Shown here: positions 9,812 through 19,117 of the stretch, piece by piece
Position numbering within the stretch: the first letter of the stretch is position 1
Layout: the number at the start of each line of letters is the position of its first letter
From: Bacteroidota bacterium
Lineage (GTDB): Bacteria; Bacteroidota; Bacteroidia; B-17B0; Aurantibacillaceae
Direction: 5' to 3'
Assembly: GCA_043737035.1 (NCBI GenBank)
Contig: JAYTBK010000317.1
Location: 1 to 35,140 of the forward strand
DNA: 35,140 nucleotides
Made by a program: the position numbers and the translations under genes
The notes under the pieces: model-generated
Told to the model about the DNA's origin: nothing
What the model saw: the letters and a program-made list of their open reading frames with translations, nothing else
The model's database searches: none

Positions 9812-9968
9812 CGATCAAAAATAGTGATTCTATGAAATATCCGGCAATAACATATTGAGGTACACTTTTCTATCTTCAATTTTTTTTATTAAAGTAATTT
9901 AAAATATTTTATATTTTTAAAAAAATAATCAGCCAATCAATTAATATAAAAAAGAAATTAAAAAAAAA

Positions 9969-10487
9969 TTCAACCCAAAAGTTGATTTTTACTTTTTAAA
10001 AGTAGAAAAACTGGCGGCAAGAGGTTGCGATATTACGCGATATTTGTTAAGCCAATGACCTAACTGAAGAATTAAAGTGAGGAGTTCCTTGTTATACAAA
10101 CAACTAAAGTAATATCGTTTTAATTCATGTATTTAAAAATTATTGTGCACTCTTGTTTTTTCAGGGGGCGTTGTTAGCCGATCCAGCCAACAACTCGATT
10201 CAATAAACAAAAATGTACAAAGCGCCCGTAAATTAAGGTTTACTTCGGTACAGGAAATAAAAAATGGGCCTGAAATTAAAACGTTTATTAAAGAGTCAAT
10301 TCAAAATGAAATTAAAAGCGCTTTACTATCATCAAAAGAATTACAAAAAGAGTTTGAAAGCTTAACGTCAAGGCAACAAAGTTTATGTTTACTGTTCTTC
10401 GCAAGTGCCAAACAAAGTAAAACTCGTAAAAGGCGGATAAAGGAGTATACTTCCAATATTTTAAATGGCAAGGGTTTAAATGATTAA
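9969..10487 (+). pseudogene. decayed YdeI/OmpD-associated (DUF1801-type) family gene
   Basis: Family-like peptide pieces are spread over two reading frames. They read NPKVDFYFLKVEK, then KNWRQEVAILRDIC*ANDLTEELK*GVPCYTNN*SNIVLIHVFKNYCALLFFQGALLADP..Q*, then the ORF 10143..10487 ending ...AKQSKTRKRRIKEY..ILNGKGLND. The start codon is lost, and there are at least 4 in-frame stops and at least 2 frameshifts. Confidence 0.7.
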
Positions 10488-10611
10488 AAAAGGCTCTGTT
10501 CAATTTCCGTTTAATAATAAGCCTAATATCCGGATAAAAATCTTATTATAACGGTTCGGGCACTGCTTTTTTAAAACTAATTTCATTTACTCCGGTAGTT
10601 AATCATGTTTG

Positions 10612-10627
10612 TGGCATATATGTTGCG
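10612..10627 (+). promoter_or_regulatory. sigma-54 (-24/-12) promoter upstream of the multi-PAS histidine kinase
   Basis: TGGCATATATGTTGCG matches TGGCAC-N5-TTGC with correct GG/GC spacing. It lies about 108 nt upstream of the ATG at 10736. Confidence 0.65.
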
Positions 10628-10735
10628 GCTATAATTTTTACTTAAAAAAACGGCGGTTTTACCTTAAATATTTGTTTTTACAATATAAATGATATAAAAT
10701 TAGAGCTTATTAAACCTCATTAATTTTGTCAACCT

Positions 10736-13114
10736 ATGCCAACAATAAACGATTTTTTTAAATACCCGTTGCCATATGGAAATGAACAAATAAAGGAGAA
10801 TTGGCTGCAACAATCTTCTGGTGTCGTTCAAAGCGGATTATTAGACCACTCAACTCAATTTTTAACAGCGCTTCAAATAATTTATTATTCTCAAGACCCA
10901 AAAATGATAGTTTGGGGTAAGCAACATCACGTTTTTTTTAATTGTGCCGCTCAACAAACCTTTGGATTAGCCGCTATGTTGCAGGGCAAAAAACCTGATG
11001 CTGATTTAAATCCTGTCTTAGTCGCCGGTCTTAATTTTTTATCTCATGTTCAAAAAAATGTTCATTTAAATCAAATTACGCCACAAAGCATTCAGATTAA
11101 AGGTAAGGATTACAAAGTCCATTACTCACCTGTTGATTTCGAGCATAATGGTTTGCTTGCTTGCTTCGATACTTTAATGCTTAGCCAGAACACCGAAAAC
11201 GATTTAACAAGTAAACAACGACTGGAAGTATTTGTAGAAACAAGCGAACTCGGAACTTGGGAATTGAATATAATAACAAATCATATGGAGGTTTCAAAAA
11301 GATACCTTCAGATTATGGGTTTCGCAGAAGATGAACTCTATAATCGGGAGGAGTTTATAAAACGGGTTCATCCCGATGATTTAAAGATGCGTGATAATGC
11401 CTTAGCGAGCGCGTTAAAAAGCGGGATTATCAACTTTCGGTCGAAGTTTCTTTGGCGGGATGGTTCACTACATTGGTTTGAAGCAAAAGGGAAAGTTTTG
11501 TACGACAGCGCACAAACGCCTCTCAAAATGGTGGGAACGGTTCGCGACATTACATCCGAAAAAAAACACAAGCAATGCATTGAAGAGAATGAGCTAAGGT
11601 TACACACTACCGCCCTTTCAAGTGAACTCGGAACTTGGGAATATGATCCGTTAACCGGAACAATGAGATGGGACGAAGCCTCTCGGAAATTATTTGGTGT
11701 TGACCCAGAGACTGAAATTACTACAGAATTATTTATGAACAAGATCCACCCGGATGATCGCGAAGCTGCATTAAGCAAAATGCAAGATGCGCTCAACCCG
11801 GATATAAATAGCACTTATGATATGGAGTACCGAACCGTAGCTTGGCCAAATGATGAAGTAAGATGGATACATGCTAAAGGAAAGGCGTTTTTTAATGAAC
11901 ATAATATTCCTTTTCATTTTTCTGGCACCGTGCTCGATATAACCGAGAAACGTGGTGCGCTGGAAGAGTTAAAGGAAAATGAGCAAAAGTTTCGGTTGCT
12001 TGCTAACTCAATGACGCAGTTTGTTTGGACTAGTGATGAAAACGGTAATCTTAATTATTTTAATCAGTCGGTTTATGATTACTCGGGGTTAGCGCCGGAA
12101 AAAATAAATGCTGAAGGTTGGCTCCAAATTGTTCACCCCGACGAGCAACAACTAAACATTGATAAATGGATTGAGTCTGTAACCACCGGAAAGGATTTCT
12201 TGTTTGAGCACCGGTTTAAACGTTATGATGGTGAATACCGTTGGCAATTGAGTCGCGCCATGGCACAAAAAGACGCTTACGGTAAAATACAAATGTGGGT
12301 AGGTACCAGCACGGATATCCATGATCAAAAAACTTTTGCTCGCGAACTGGAACATAAAGTGGAGGAACGTACAAATGATTTACAACTTGCAAACAAAGAA
12401 CTAGCGCGTAAAAATGAAGAGTTAGCTTCGTTTGCCTATGTTTCGAGCCACGATTTACAAGAACCTTTACGAAAAATACAAACTTTTGCTGCACGCATTT
12501 CTGAAAAAGAAATCCTGACAGATGCAGGGAAAGATTATTTTGCACGGATGCAAAACGCGGCACAACGCATGCAACTTTTAATAGAAGATTTGCTTGCATA
12601 CTCGCGAACAACTACTGGCGAAAAGGTTTTTGTAAAAACTGATCTACACCAAATTTTAACTGAGGTAACAACCGATTTGGAACAAGTTATAAAAGAAAAA
12701 AAAGCAGTGATAATTTCCGAAAATTTACCTGAAATAAATTGTATTCCTTTTCAATTCAGGCAACTGTTTACAAATATTATTTCAAATGCATTAAAATTTT
12801 CAAAGGCTGGTGTAGATCCCGAAATTCGTATTTCTTCGGAATTAGTAAACGACCCTTTACAACTGAGCGAAAACGAAATTCAAAAACAATGTTATCAAAT
12901 AATAATTTCCGATAACGGAATAGGATTTTCTCCAGAATATAATTCCCGCATCTTTGAAGTATTTCAGCGTCTTCATGGTAAACACGAATATAAAGGAACG
13001 GGCATTGGCTTGGCAATTTGCAAAAAAATAATGGATAACCATAACGGTTCGATCACTGCCGTTGGCAATCCAGACGTTGGTGCTACATTTCGCATCACAA
13101 TTACTAAAAATTAG
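10736..13114 (+). CDS. cytoplasmic multi-PAS sensor histidine kinase
   Basis: No TM segment. Repeated PAS/PAC units (GTWELN.., GTWEYDP.., FRLLANSMTQFVWT..), a coiled-coil linker, H-box SSHDLQEPLRKI, N-box NIISNALKFS and G-boxes DNGIGF and GTGIGLAICKK. Confidence 0.9.
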   Translation: MPTINDFFKYPLPYGNEQIKENWLQQSSGVVQSGLLDHSTQFLTALQIIYYSQDPKMIVWGKQHHVFFNCAAQQTFGLAAMLQGKKPDADLNPVLVAGLNFLSHVQKNVHLNQITPQSIQIKGKDYKVHYSPVDFEHNGLLACFDTLMLSQNTENDLTSKQRLEVFVETSELGTWELNIITNHMEVSKRYLQIMGFAEDELYNREEFIKRVHPDDLKMRDNALASALKSGIINFRSKFLWRDGSLHWFEAKGKVLYDSAQTPLKMVGTVRDITSEKKHKQCIEENELRLHTTALSSELGTWEYDPLTGTMRWDEASRKLFGVDPETEITTELFMNKIHPDDREAALSKMQDALNPDINSTYDMEYRTVAWPNDEVRWIHAKGKAFFNEHNIPFHFSGTVLDITEKRGALEELKENEQKFRLLANSMTQFVWTSDENGNLNYFNQSVYDYSGLAPEKINAEGWLQIVHPDEQQLNIDKWIESVTTGKDFLFEHRFKRYDGEYRWQLSRAMAQKDAYGKIQMWVGTSTDIHDQKTFARELEHKVEERTNDLQLANKELARKNEELASFAYVSSHDLQEPLRKIQTFAARISEKEILTDAGKDYFARMQNAAQRMQLLIEDLLAYSRTTTGEKVFVKTDLHQILTEVTTDLEQVIKEKKAVIISENLPEINCIPFQFRQLFTNIISNALKFSKAGVDPEIRISSELVNDPLQLSENEIQKQCYQIIISDNGIGFSPEYNSRIFEVFQRLHGKHEYKGTGIGLAICKKIMDNHNGSITAVGNPDVGATFRITITKN

Positions 13115-13139
13115 GGTTTTATGTATTTTCTAAAATAAA

Positions 13140-13167
13140 AAACCATTCCGAATTAACGAAATGGTTT
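13140..13167 (-). terminator. hairpin terminator between convergent genes (mainly serving the fasciclin gene)
   Basis: 11-bp stem with one mismatch (AAACCATTCCG / CGAAATGGTTT) and a 6-nt loop. A T-rich tract follows on the minus strand. Confidence 0.55.
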
Positions 13168-13193
13168 CTCCAAAAAATAATCTAATCCAAAAA

Positions 13194-13766
13194 CTATTTG
13201 TGCATTACTACAGTATTTACTACATGTATTACACCGTTACTTTGGTTTACATCTTTAATCGTTACCATTGATGTACCGCCTTTTTCGTCAGTTAGTATTA
13301 AATCTTTTCCTTTCATGGTAGCAGTTAACATACCACCTTGTACGGTTTTTAATTCTGCTTTACCATTTCCTTTTTTTATTAACGCTGCTATATCCGAAGA
13401 ACTGAATTTTCCTGATACCACATGGTAAGTTAAAATGTTAGTTAATGTAGCTTTGTTTTCAGGCTTAACTAAAGTTTCTACAGTTCCTTTAGGCAATTTA
13501 TCAAATGCTGCGTTTGTTGGTGCAAATACTGTAAAAGGGCCGGCACTTTGTAAAGTTTCTACCAAACCTGCAGCTTTAAGTGCCGCTACTAAAGTTGTAT
13601 GGTCTTTAGAATTAACCGCATTTTCAACAATGTTTTTTGATGGGTACATTGCTGCTCCACCAACCATTACCGTTTTTTCTTTTGAATCCATTTTTTGTTG
13701 TGCAAAAGCTCCTTGAGATAAAAGTGTTGCACAAGCCAATACTGCCATTTTTGAGATAATTTTCAT
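13194..13766 (-). CDS. secreted fasciclin (FAS1) domain protein
   Basis: Signal peptide, then FAS1 motifs FTVFAPTNAAFDKLP and NGVIHVVNTVVM. Confidence 0.88.
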   Translation of the reverse strand: MKIISKMAVLACATLLSQGAFAQQKMDSKEKTVMVGGAAMYPSKNIVENAVNSKDHTTLVAALKAAGLVETLQSAGPFTVFAPTNAAFDKLPKGTVETLVKPENKATLTNILTYHVVSGKFSSSDIAALIKKGNGKAELKTVQGGMLTATMKGKDLILTDEKGGTSMVTIKDVNQSNGVIHVVNTVVMHK

Positions 13767-13889
13767 AATTTATTTTTTATAGGTTTTGGTTTATATACGC
13801 CTAAAGTATGAATTTGGATTTACAAATAAACATAATGACAAAATATTTTTTAAAAAGGCAAATCTTCGCAATTTAAATAACGCGCCTAC

Positions 13890-14489
13890 TTACTGTAGAA
13901 CCCCGTTTACCAAAGATTTCCATTGATGTTTTTGAGGATTGAGGTACACCATTAAAGAGCTTAATTTATTTTGTAGAGTCGAAATTGCCGAACCGTTGGC
14001 TTGTTTATGCGGGAATTTTTTGGTTTCCATTTCAAGAACACTCACAAAGGAACCTTGCCGACTAACCATAAAAATGCATTTAAGGGGCACAAAATCTTCA
14101 ATTTTAGTAACGTTTACTTCCTCAGTATTAAATCCGAACTCCTCTGTATCTTTCAATAAATTTTTTTCGCTTATAAACCCTGTTATTTTGTAATATGAAT
14201 ATGTTTGAATGTTACCTACCTGAGGCGCATGAAAACGAACCTTAATAATGTTCCCTGATGCAGGCTCGGACGAATCAATTGAATTGCCTTCAAAATCCGT
14301 TAAATGAAATTCTGCGGGCGAATTTCCACATAATAGTGTCCAATTATTAATGTCGTTTAATCTGCGTTTTGCCGTTTCAAAGCGTACAATTGCCTCGTGC
14401 CTTGTGGTTGCCTCTATCTTCTTCTCCGTGTCCTTCAAGCGGAATACGCGATTCAATGTTCGACTGGCTGTATTTGGAGTATGTATCAT
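13890..14489 (-). CDS. hypothetical protein
   Basis: Long ORF. The first ATG is at 14489; the longer version in the ORF track begins with TTG. No family recognised. Confidence 0.5.
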   Translation of the reverse strand: MIHTPNTASRTLNRVFRLKDTEKKIEATTRHEAIVRFETAKRRLNDINNWTLLCGNSPAEFHLTDFEGNSIDSSEPASGNIIKVRFHAPQVGNIQTYSYYKITGFISEKNLLKDTEEFGFNTEEVNVTKIEDFVPLKCIFMVSRQGSFVSVLEMETKKFPHKQANGSAISTLQNKLSSLMVYLNPQKHQWKSLVNGVLQ

Positions 14490-14607
14490 GGGTATGGATT
14501 TTAAATTTCCGATAAAAATTAATTTCAACTATTGTACCCGCTTAACACCACTTTTTTAAAAAATATGTATGGCATATTAATTTATGAGTAAATGAAAATC
14601 TCGTACC

Positions 14608-14790
14608 ATGAACAGTTTACAAAATAATTCACATTTCACTCCATGCAAAGTTTGTTTACAAACCTGCGACACGTGCATCAAATTGATTAAATCATATAAT
14701 GAATCAAAAAAAAGTGTTTTAAAGTTGGGCAATTACCTGATGCGCGATAATCCTCATAATTATGGAATTAGCAATTTTTTAAATGCATAA
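14608..14790 (+). CDS. small hypothetical Cys-containing protein, possibly a gene fragment
   Basis: 60-aa ORF with CKVCLQTCDTC, which only loosely recalls Cys-rich four-helix-bundle proteins. The rest is low complexity. Confidence 0.25.
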   Translation: MNSLQNNSHFTPCKVCLQTCDTCIKLIKSYNESKKSVLKLGNYLMRDNPHNYGISNFLNA

Positions 14791-15028
14791 AATAATTTAT
14801 TGGTAAACTCGCTAACTTTATTTAATTTATTGGCACTAACTGAAAAATCAGGCAGAACTAAAATCGATTATGGACTTATTTCGCCTTATTGATTTTAAGT
14901 CTTGATTATATAATTAAAGTCGAACCGAGGATGTTATAGATCACGAAATTTTAAGCCAAACTTCTCAATTTGAAGAATTTTTTCTACAGTACTATTTAAA
15001 AAAGTATCACAACGAGTATTTAATTTGC

Positions 15029-15979
15029 ATGAAAAAAATTAATCTGCATTCAAAAAACCTTTGGAAGGTCACAAAAAAAACCGCTAAAGCCTGGATGGCC
15101 GCCGATCCTTTTCGACAGAGCGCGGTGATTGCCTATTACGCCATTTTTTCAATTCCTGCGCTGTTGGTAATTATTATAACCTTGGCGGGATTTGCATTTG
15201 GTAAAGAAGCTGTGCAAGGCGAAATTTCCAGTCAGATAGGATCCGCAATTGGATCTGATGCTGCCGATTCTGTAGAAGAAATGATCGCTAAAGCAGGGGC
15301 ACAAAAAAATTCAATTTGGGCTACTATTATAAGTGTTATTACCTTAATACTTGGAGCAACAGGCGTTTTTGCCCAACTGCAAATTTCTTTAAACCAAATT
15401 TGGGAAGTAAAAGTTACCGCTAAAAAGAAATGGTTAAAAAGTTTGAAAGATCGTTTGTTTTCCTTTGGGCTCATCATTTCGATCGGGTTTTTGTTACTGA
15501 TCTCGTTACTTCTAAGTACAGGATTATCTGCATTTAGCGAATGGATAAAAGTTCATTTACCCGATTTTATGTTGTATGTCTTTCAACTGTTAAATTTCGT
15601 AATATCATTTGGTGTGGTGGCTGTTTTATTTGCCATGATGTTTAAAATTTTACCTGACGCCCGAATACAGTGGCGAGACGTTTGGATTGGAGCAATTGCT
15701 ACTTCGCTCCTATTTGTGATTGGTAAGTTCGCTTTGGGCTTTTATTTTGGAAAAGCAAATCCGGGTTCTACCTATGGTGCGGCCGGCTCAATTGTATTAA
15801 TTATGTTATGGGTTTCATACTCTTGTATGATTGTATTTTTTGGAGCTGAATTTACAAAACAATTCGCCGTATTCAACGGCAGGAAAATAGAACCTGCTAA
15901 CGATGCCGTGAAAATTGAGTTGCCAGCCGATGAGGAATTACTGGCAGAAAAAAAGGAAGCAACCAAACAGGCAAAATAG
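15029..15979 (+). CDS. YihY/BrkB family membrane protein (copy 1)
   Basis: About 6 TM segments and a family-typical N-terminus (FRQSAVIAYYAIFSIPALL). It is collinear with the paralog at 25547..26479. Confidence 0.85.
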   Translation: MKKINLHSKNLWKVTKKTAKAWMAADPFRQSAVIAYYAIFSIPALLVIIITLAGFAFGKEAVQGEISSQIGSAIGSDAADSVEEMIAKAGAQKNSIWATIISVITLILGATGVFAQLQISLNQIWEVKVTAKKKWLKSLKDRLFSFGLIISIGFLLLISLLLSTGLSAFSEWIKVHLPDFMLYVFQLLNFVISFGVVAVLFAMMFKILPDARIQWRDVWIGAIATSLLFVIGKFALGFYFGKANPGSTYGAAGSIVLIMLWVSYSCMIVFFGAEFTKQFAVFNGRKIEPANDAVKIELPADEELLAEKKEATKQAK

Positions 15980-16050
15980 TTTATGTATGTAAAACGTTGG
16001 CGGAATTAATTATTAATTAATTTGCTAAAAACTCAAATCGAAAAGTATTT

Positions 16051-16311
16051 TTAATTCATTAACTGTTGCAACTCTGTTTCTATACGCTTGCAACTAACCA
16101 ACATTGGTTTGTGGCTTATTTCAATGTTTATTTGATTTAGAACAATAGAATAAACGCCCTCAATTTTCCCCAATGATGTAGTAATATGAAAATTACCGTT
16201 TTGATCGTCGCCCTTTAAATTTCCTCCTGCCTTTGTAATTCCGACTCGCGCGCGTTCAATGAGATCGGAACCGTCACCATTAAATTCAATAAAAAAATTA
16301 CAATTTGCCAT
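16051..16311 (-). CDS. small hypothetical protein
   Basis: ORF with an internal ATG (MANCNFFIEFNG...). Soluble, no family confidently recognised. Confidence 0.45.
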   Translation of the reverse strand: MANCNFFIEFNGDGSDLIERARVGITKAGGNLKGDDQNGNFHITTSLGKIEGVYSIVLNQINIEISHKPMLVSCKRIETELQQLMN

Positions 16312-16489
16312 TATGTTTAATGTTTCAAAATAAATATCACTGCTATCAAACATACACATAATTTTATAGCAATATGGGTGTAGATAAATTTGGCCAAAAT
16401 AAATCGTATTAAAAAATAGGCGTCATTTTCTCAAATTTTATGGCTTAAATAGTTCGGAATCGAAATTGATTGGTAATATATAAAAAACC

Positions 16490-18088
16490 ATGGATTCAAC
16501 AGCTAACGTCAATGCCAAACTTACTTCGGGAAACCATCTTCCTTATTGGGTAGGTTCCACAACACCTATTATGTTTTCCAAGTTAACCGAAAATAAATAT
16601 ACAGATGTAGTTATTGTTGGTGGTGGCATAGCAGGCGTTACCATTGCTTATTGTTTAAGCAAAGCCGGCAAAAAAGTTATATTAATTGAAGATGGATTCA
16701 TCGGAAGTGGAGAAACCGGCAGAACTACTGCGCATTTGGCTTCTGCGCTTGATGACCGTTATTATGAACTTGCAAACCAATTTGGCAAAGAAAATACCAA
16801 ACTCATTGCTGAAAGTCATACACTGGCAATAGATTTTATTGAACAAACAATTGCCTCGGAAAATATTGATTGTGATTTTACCCGGTTAGATGGGTATCTT
16901 TTTTTACATCCCACGGATAAAGCGCAACATCTCGAGGATGAACTTAACGCGACGCAAGCGGCGGGTTTAAAAACTAGCTTTACAAACATCGTTCTCGGTG
17001 ACGGAACCCATAAATCAATTGTATTTCCTAACCAAGCGCAATTTCACCCTTTAAAATATATAGCTGCTTTATGCGATGCAATTAAAAAAAGCGGGTGCGA
17101 AATTTATACAAGCACGCGTGCTAAAAAAATAGATGATAAAGGCATCACCACCAGCGATGACTTTACAGTTGAAGCTCAACATATAGTAGTTGCAACCAAC
17201 AGCCCTGTAAACAATAGGTTTGTTATGCATCTAAAACAATATCCTTACCGCACGTATGTAATAGGTGCAAAAATTAAAAAAGGAGTGTTACCCAAAGCGC
17301 TCTGGTGGGATACAGGGAATTTCGAGATGAACTCTGAAATGGCACCATACCATTATGTACGAACACAATACTTGGATACCGAATATGACCTTTTAATTGT
17401 AGGTGGTGAAGACCATGCAACGGGTTTAGCGGATGCTGAAAAGTTGCCGGAGGAGAAACGATATTCAATACTCGAAATTTGGACAAAAAAACACTTTCCG
17501 CAAATTGAAGAAGTGATTTATAAATGGAGCGGTCAGGTGATGAAACCAATGGATTGCCTAGCTTACATAGGCCGTAATCCTTTAGATAAGGATAACGTAT
17601 TTATTGTTACCGGTGATTCGGGAAACGGGATGACACATGGTACCATTGCTGGAATATTAATTACGGACTTAATAACAGGAAAAAAGAACCCGTGGGAAAA
17701 ATTATACAGCCCATCGCGATTTAATATTTTTAAATCAGGAAAAACGTTTATTAAAGAATTGGTGGGAACAATGATCGCGCATATCAAAACTAAACCACAC
17801 CATCTTGAAACTACAGGACTTAAAGATATACATCCTGATGAAGGAAAAATTATTGAATTTAATGGTGAAAAATTTGGTGCTTACCGCGATTCAAATGATA
17901 ACATACATTTTGTAGCGGCCGAGTGTACTCATTTAGGTTGCCTTATAAAATGGAACAACGACGAAAAAAGTTGGGATTGCCCGTGCCACGGAAGTCGGTT
18001 TAATCACGAAGGAAAAGTTTTAAACGGCCCGGCAATTAAAAATTTGGATTATCACACACAAAATAAAACAACAATTAATAATTTATAA
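16490..18088 (+). CDS. FAD-dependent oxidoreductase fused to a C-terminal Rieske [2Fe-2S] domain
   Basis: Dinucleotide-binding motif VVIVGGGIAGV near the N-terminus. Rieske ligand motifs CTHLGC ... CPCHGSRF near the C-terminus. Confidence 0.88.
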   Translation: MDSTANVNAKLTSGNHLPYWVGSTTPIMFSKLTENKYTDVVIVGGGIAGVTIAYCLSKAGKKVILIEDGFIGSGETGRTTAHLASALDDRYYELANQFGKENTKLIAESHTLAIDFIEQTIASENIDCDFTRLDGYLFLHPTDKAQHLEDELNATQAAGLKTSFTNIVLGDGTHKSIVFPNQAQFHPLKYIAALCDAIKKSGCEIYTSTRAKKIDDKGITTSDDFTVEAQHIVVATNSPVNNRFVMHLKQYPYRTYVIGAKIKKGVLPKALWWDTGNFEMNSEMAPYHYVRTQYLDTEYDLLIVGGEDHATGLADAEKLPEEKRYSILEIWTKKHFPQIEEVIYKWSGQVMKPMDCLAYIGRNPLDKDNVFIVTGDSGNGMTHGTIAGILITDLITGKKNPWEKLYSPSRFNIFKSGKTFIKELVGTMIAHIKTKPHHLETTGLKDIHPDEGKIIEFNGEKFGAYRDSNDNIHFVAAECTHLGCLIKWNNDEKSWDCPCHGSRFNHEGKVLNGPAIKNLDYHTQNKTTINNL

Positions 18089-18099
18089 TAAACCATCCC

Positions 18100-18324
18100 A
18101 TGAAACATAAAGATCTCACACTACATCCCGAAGATTTCGAAAATATAAGCTACTGGACTCACAAATGGGGCGTTACCGCTAGGCAAGTAAATTATGCGAT
18201 ACTTGATACAGGCAGTTTAAAAGTAAACGACATTAAAAATTATCTTAGAAAAGATATTTGGTATTACTCGCCTGTTACAGGATTAATAAATTTATTTAAA
18301 GCAAAATTTGGCAGTATAAATTAA
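18100..18324 (+). CDS. DUF3606 domain protein
   Basis: 74 aa with ENISYWTHKWGVTARQVNYAILDTGS, resembling the DUF3606 core. It starts 11 nt after the preceding gene. Confidence 0.7.
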   Translation: MKHKDLTLHPEDFENISYWTHKWGVTARQVNYAILDTGSLKVNDIKNYLRKDIWYYSPVTGLINLFKAKFGSIN

Positions 18325-18350
18325 CGCAGAGAAAATGCAAAGGAATATTT

Positions 18351-19113
18351 ATGTTACAACTTGATCAATTAAAACTTTCGAATAAAAAAATAAAAACCAT
18401 TTTACACGATTCCGAAAAAAGCACTGCTTCAGTAAACTTATTGTGCATGTACGGTAACAAATCCGGGATTAACCGCATAAAAAAACGAAAACATTTTATT
18501 TACATTTCCGAAAAAAAACATATAGAAGATCAAAAAAGTTTAGGACGCATCAAAAAATTAATAATACCACCGGCATGGCAGAATTTATGGATATGTGAGG
18601 CACGCAACGGCCATCTGCAAGCTACGGGAATTGATATAAAATTAAGGAAACAATACAAATATCACACGCTTTGGAATTCGTTGCGTAACAACACCAAATT
18701 TTGCAGACTACATCAATTCGGCAATTCTATAGCAGCCATACGGCGGAAAATTGAGAAATATCTGGCGTTAAGCGGCCTTCTATTGCAAAAAGTTTTGGCT
18801 GCTGTTGTATGTATAATGGAGCGCATGAGCACACGCGTTGCAAACAGCATGCACGAAAAACTGTATGGGTCGTTTTGGTTAAGAACATTTAAGGATCAGC
18901 ACATAAAAATAACCCGTAACAATATGCAGTTTTCGTTTGTTGGAAAAAAACGGGTACCGCATAAAATCAGTCTAGCCAGCAAACGGCTTGAGAAAATTGT
19001 GCAAGAAGGGCAATGGATTAGTACACCATATTACTGATTACAAACATTGATTGAGCGCAGAAGAAAAATTGCTTATGAAAATTTTGGAAGAAGAAGGACT
19101 AACTTTAAAATAA
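18351..19113 (+). pseudogene. DNA topoisomerase IB remnant with an internal deletion that removes the catalytic C-terminal part
   Basis: The N-terminal two-thirds is recognisable (IPPAWQNLWICEARNGHLQATGIDIKLRKQYKYH, YGSFWLRTFKDQHI, FSFVGKKRVPHKISL). The ORF stops at 19037 at 228 aa, before any Tyr active-site region. A short, possibly C-terminal-like peptide (LSAEEKLLMKILEEEGLTLK*) follows in a different frame and ends at 19113. Confidence 0.65.
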
Positions 19114-19117
19114 AATT

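Noticed and set aside
9840-9968. An extremely AT-rich tract upstream of nhaA, considered as a Li+/Na+ (nhaA-I type) riboswitch or a mobile-element scar.
   Set aside because: I could see no stable conserved stems or recognisable motif, only A/T runs and a short palindrome (TACTTTT-TA-AAAAGTA) that lies just downstream inside the pseudogene. It is most simply a curved promoter region together with the degraded 5' end of the neighbouring pseudogene.
10027-10044. A direct repeat GCGATATT-AC-GCGATATT, considered as a regulator binding site or a frameshifting duplication.
   Set aside because: It lies inside the decayed YdeI-type coding sequence. A gap-free alignment to the family pattern (..VAILRDIC..) shows no insertion there, so it is most likely coincidental.
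10078-10080. A TGA at the position of a conserved Trp (ELK-W-GVPCY), considered as evidence for TGA=Trp recoding (genetic code 4).
   Set aside because: The same gene also contains several in-frame TAA stops and frameshifts. Trp is encoded by TGG throughout the intact genes, and all long ORFs are consistent with the standard code. This is an ordinary nonsense mutation in a pseudogene.
14793-14845. A repeated AATTTATTGG...CTAAC motif (two copies about 31 bp apart) downstream of the small Cys-containing ORF.
   Set aside because: It is short, AT-rich and imperfect. It has no associated gene start or inverted-repeat partner, so it cannot be distinguished from chance in AT-rich intergenic DNA.
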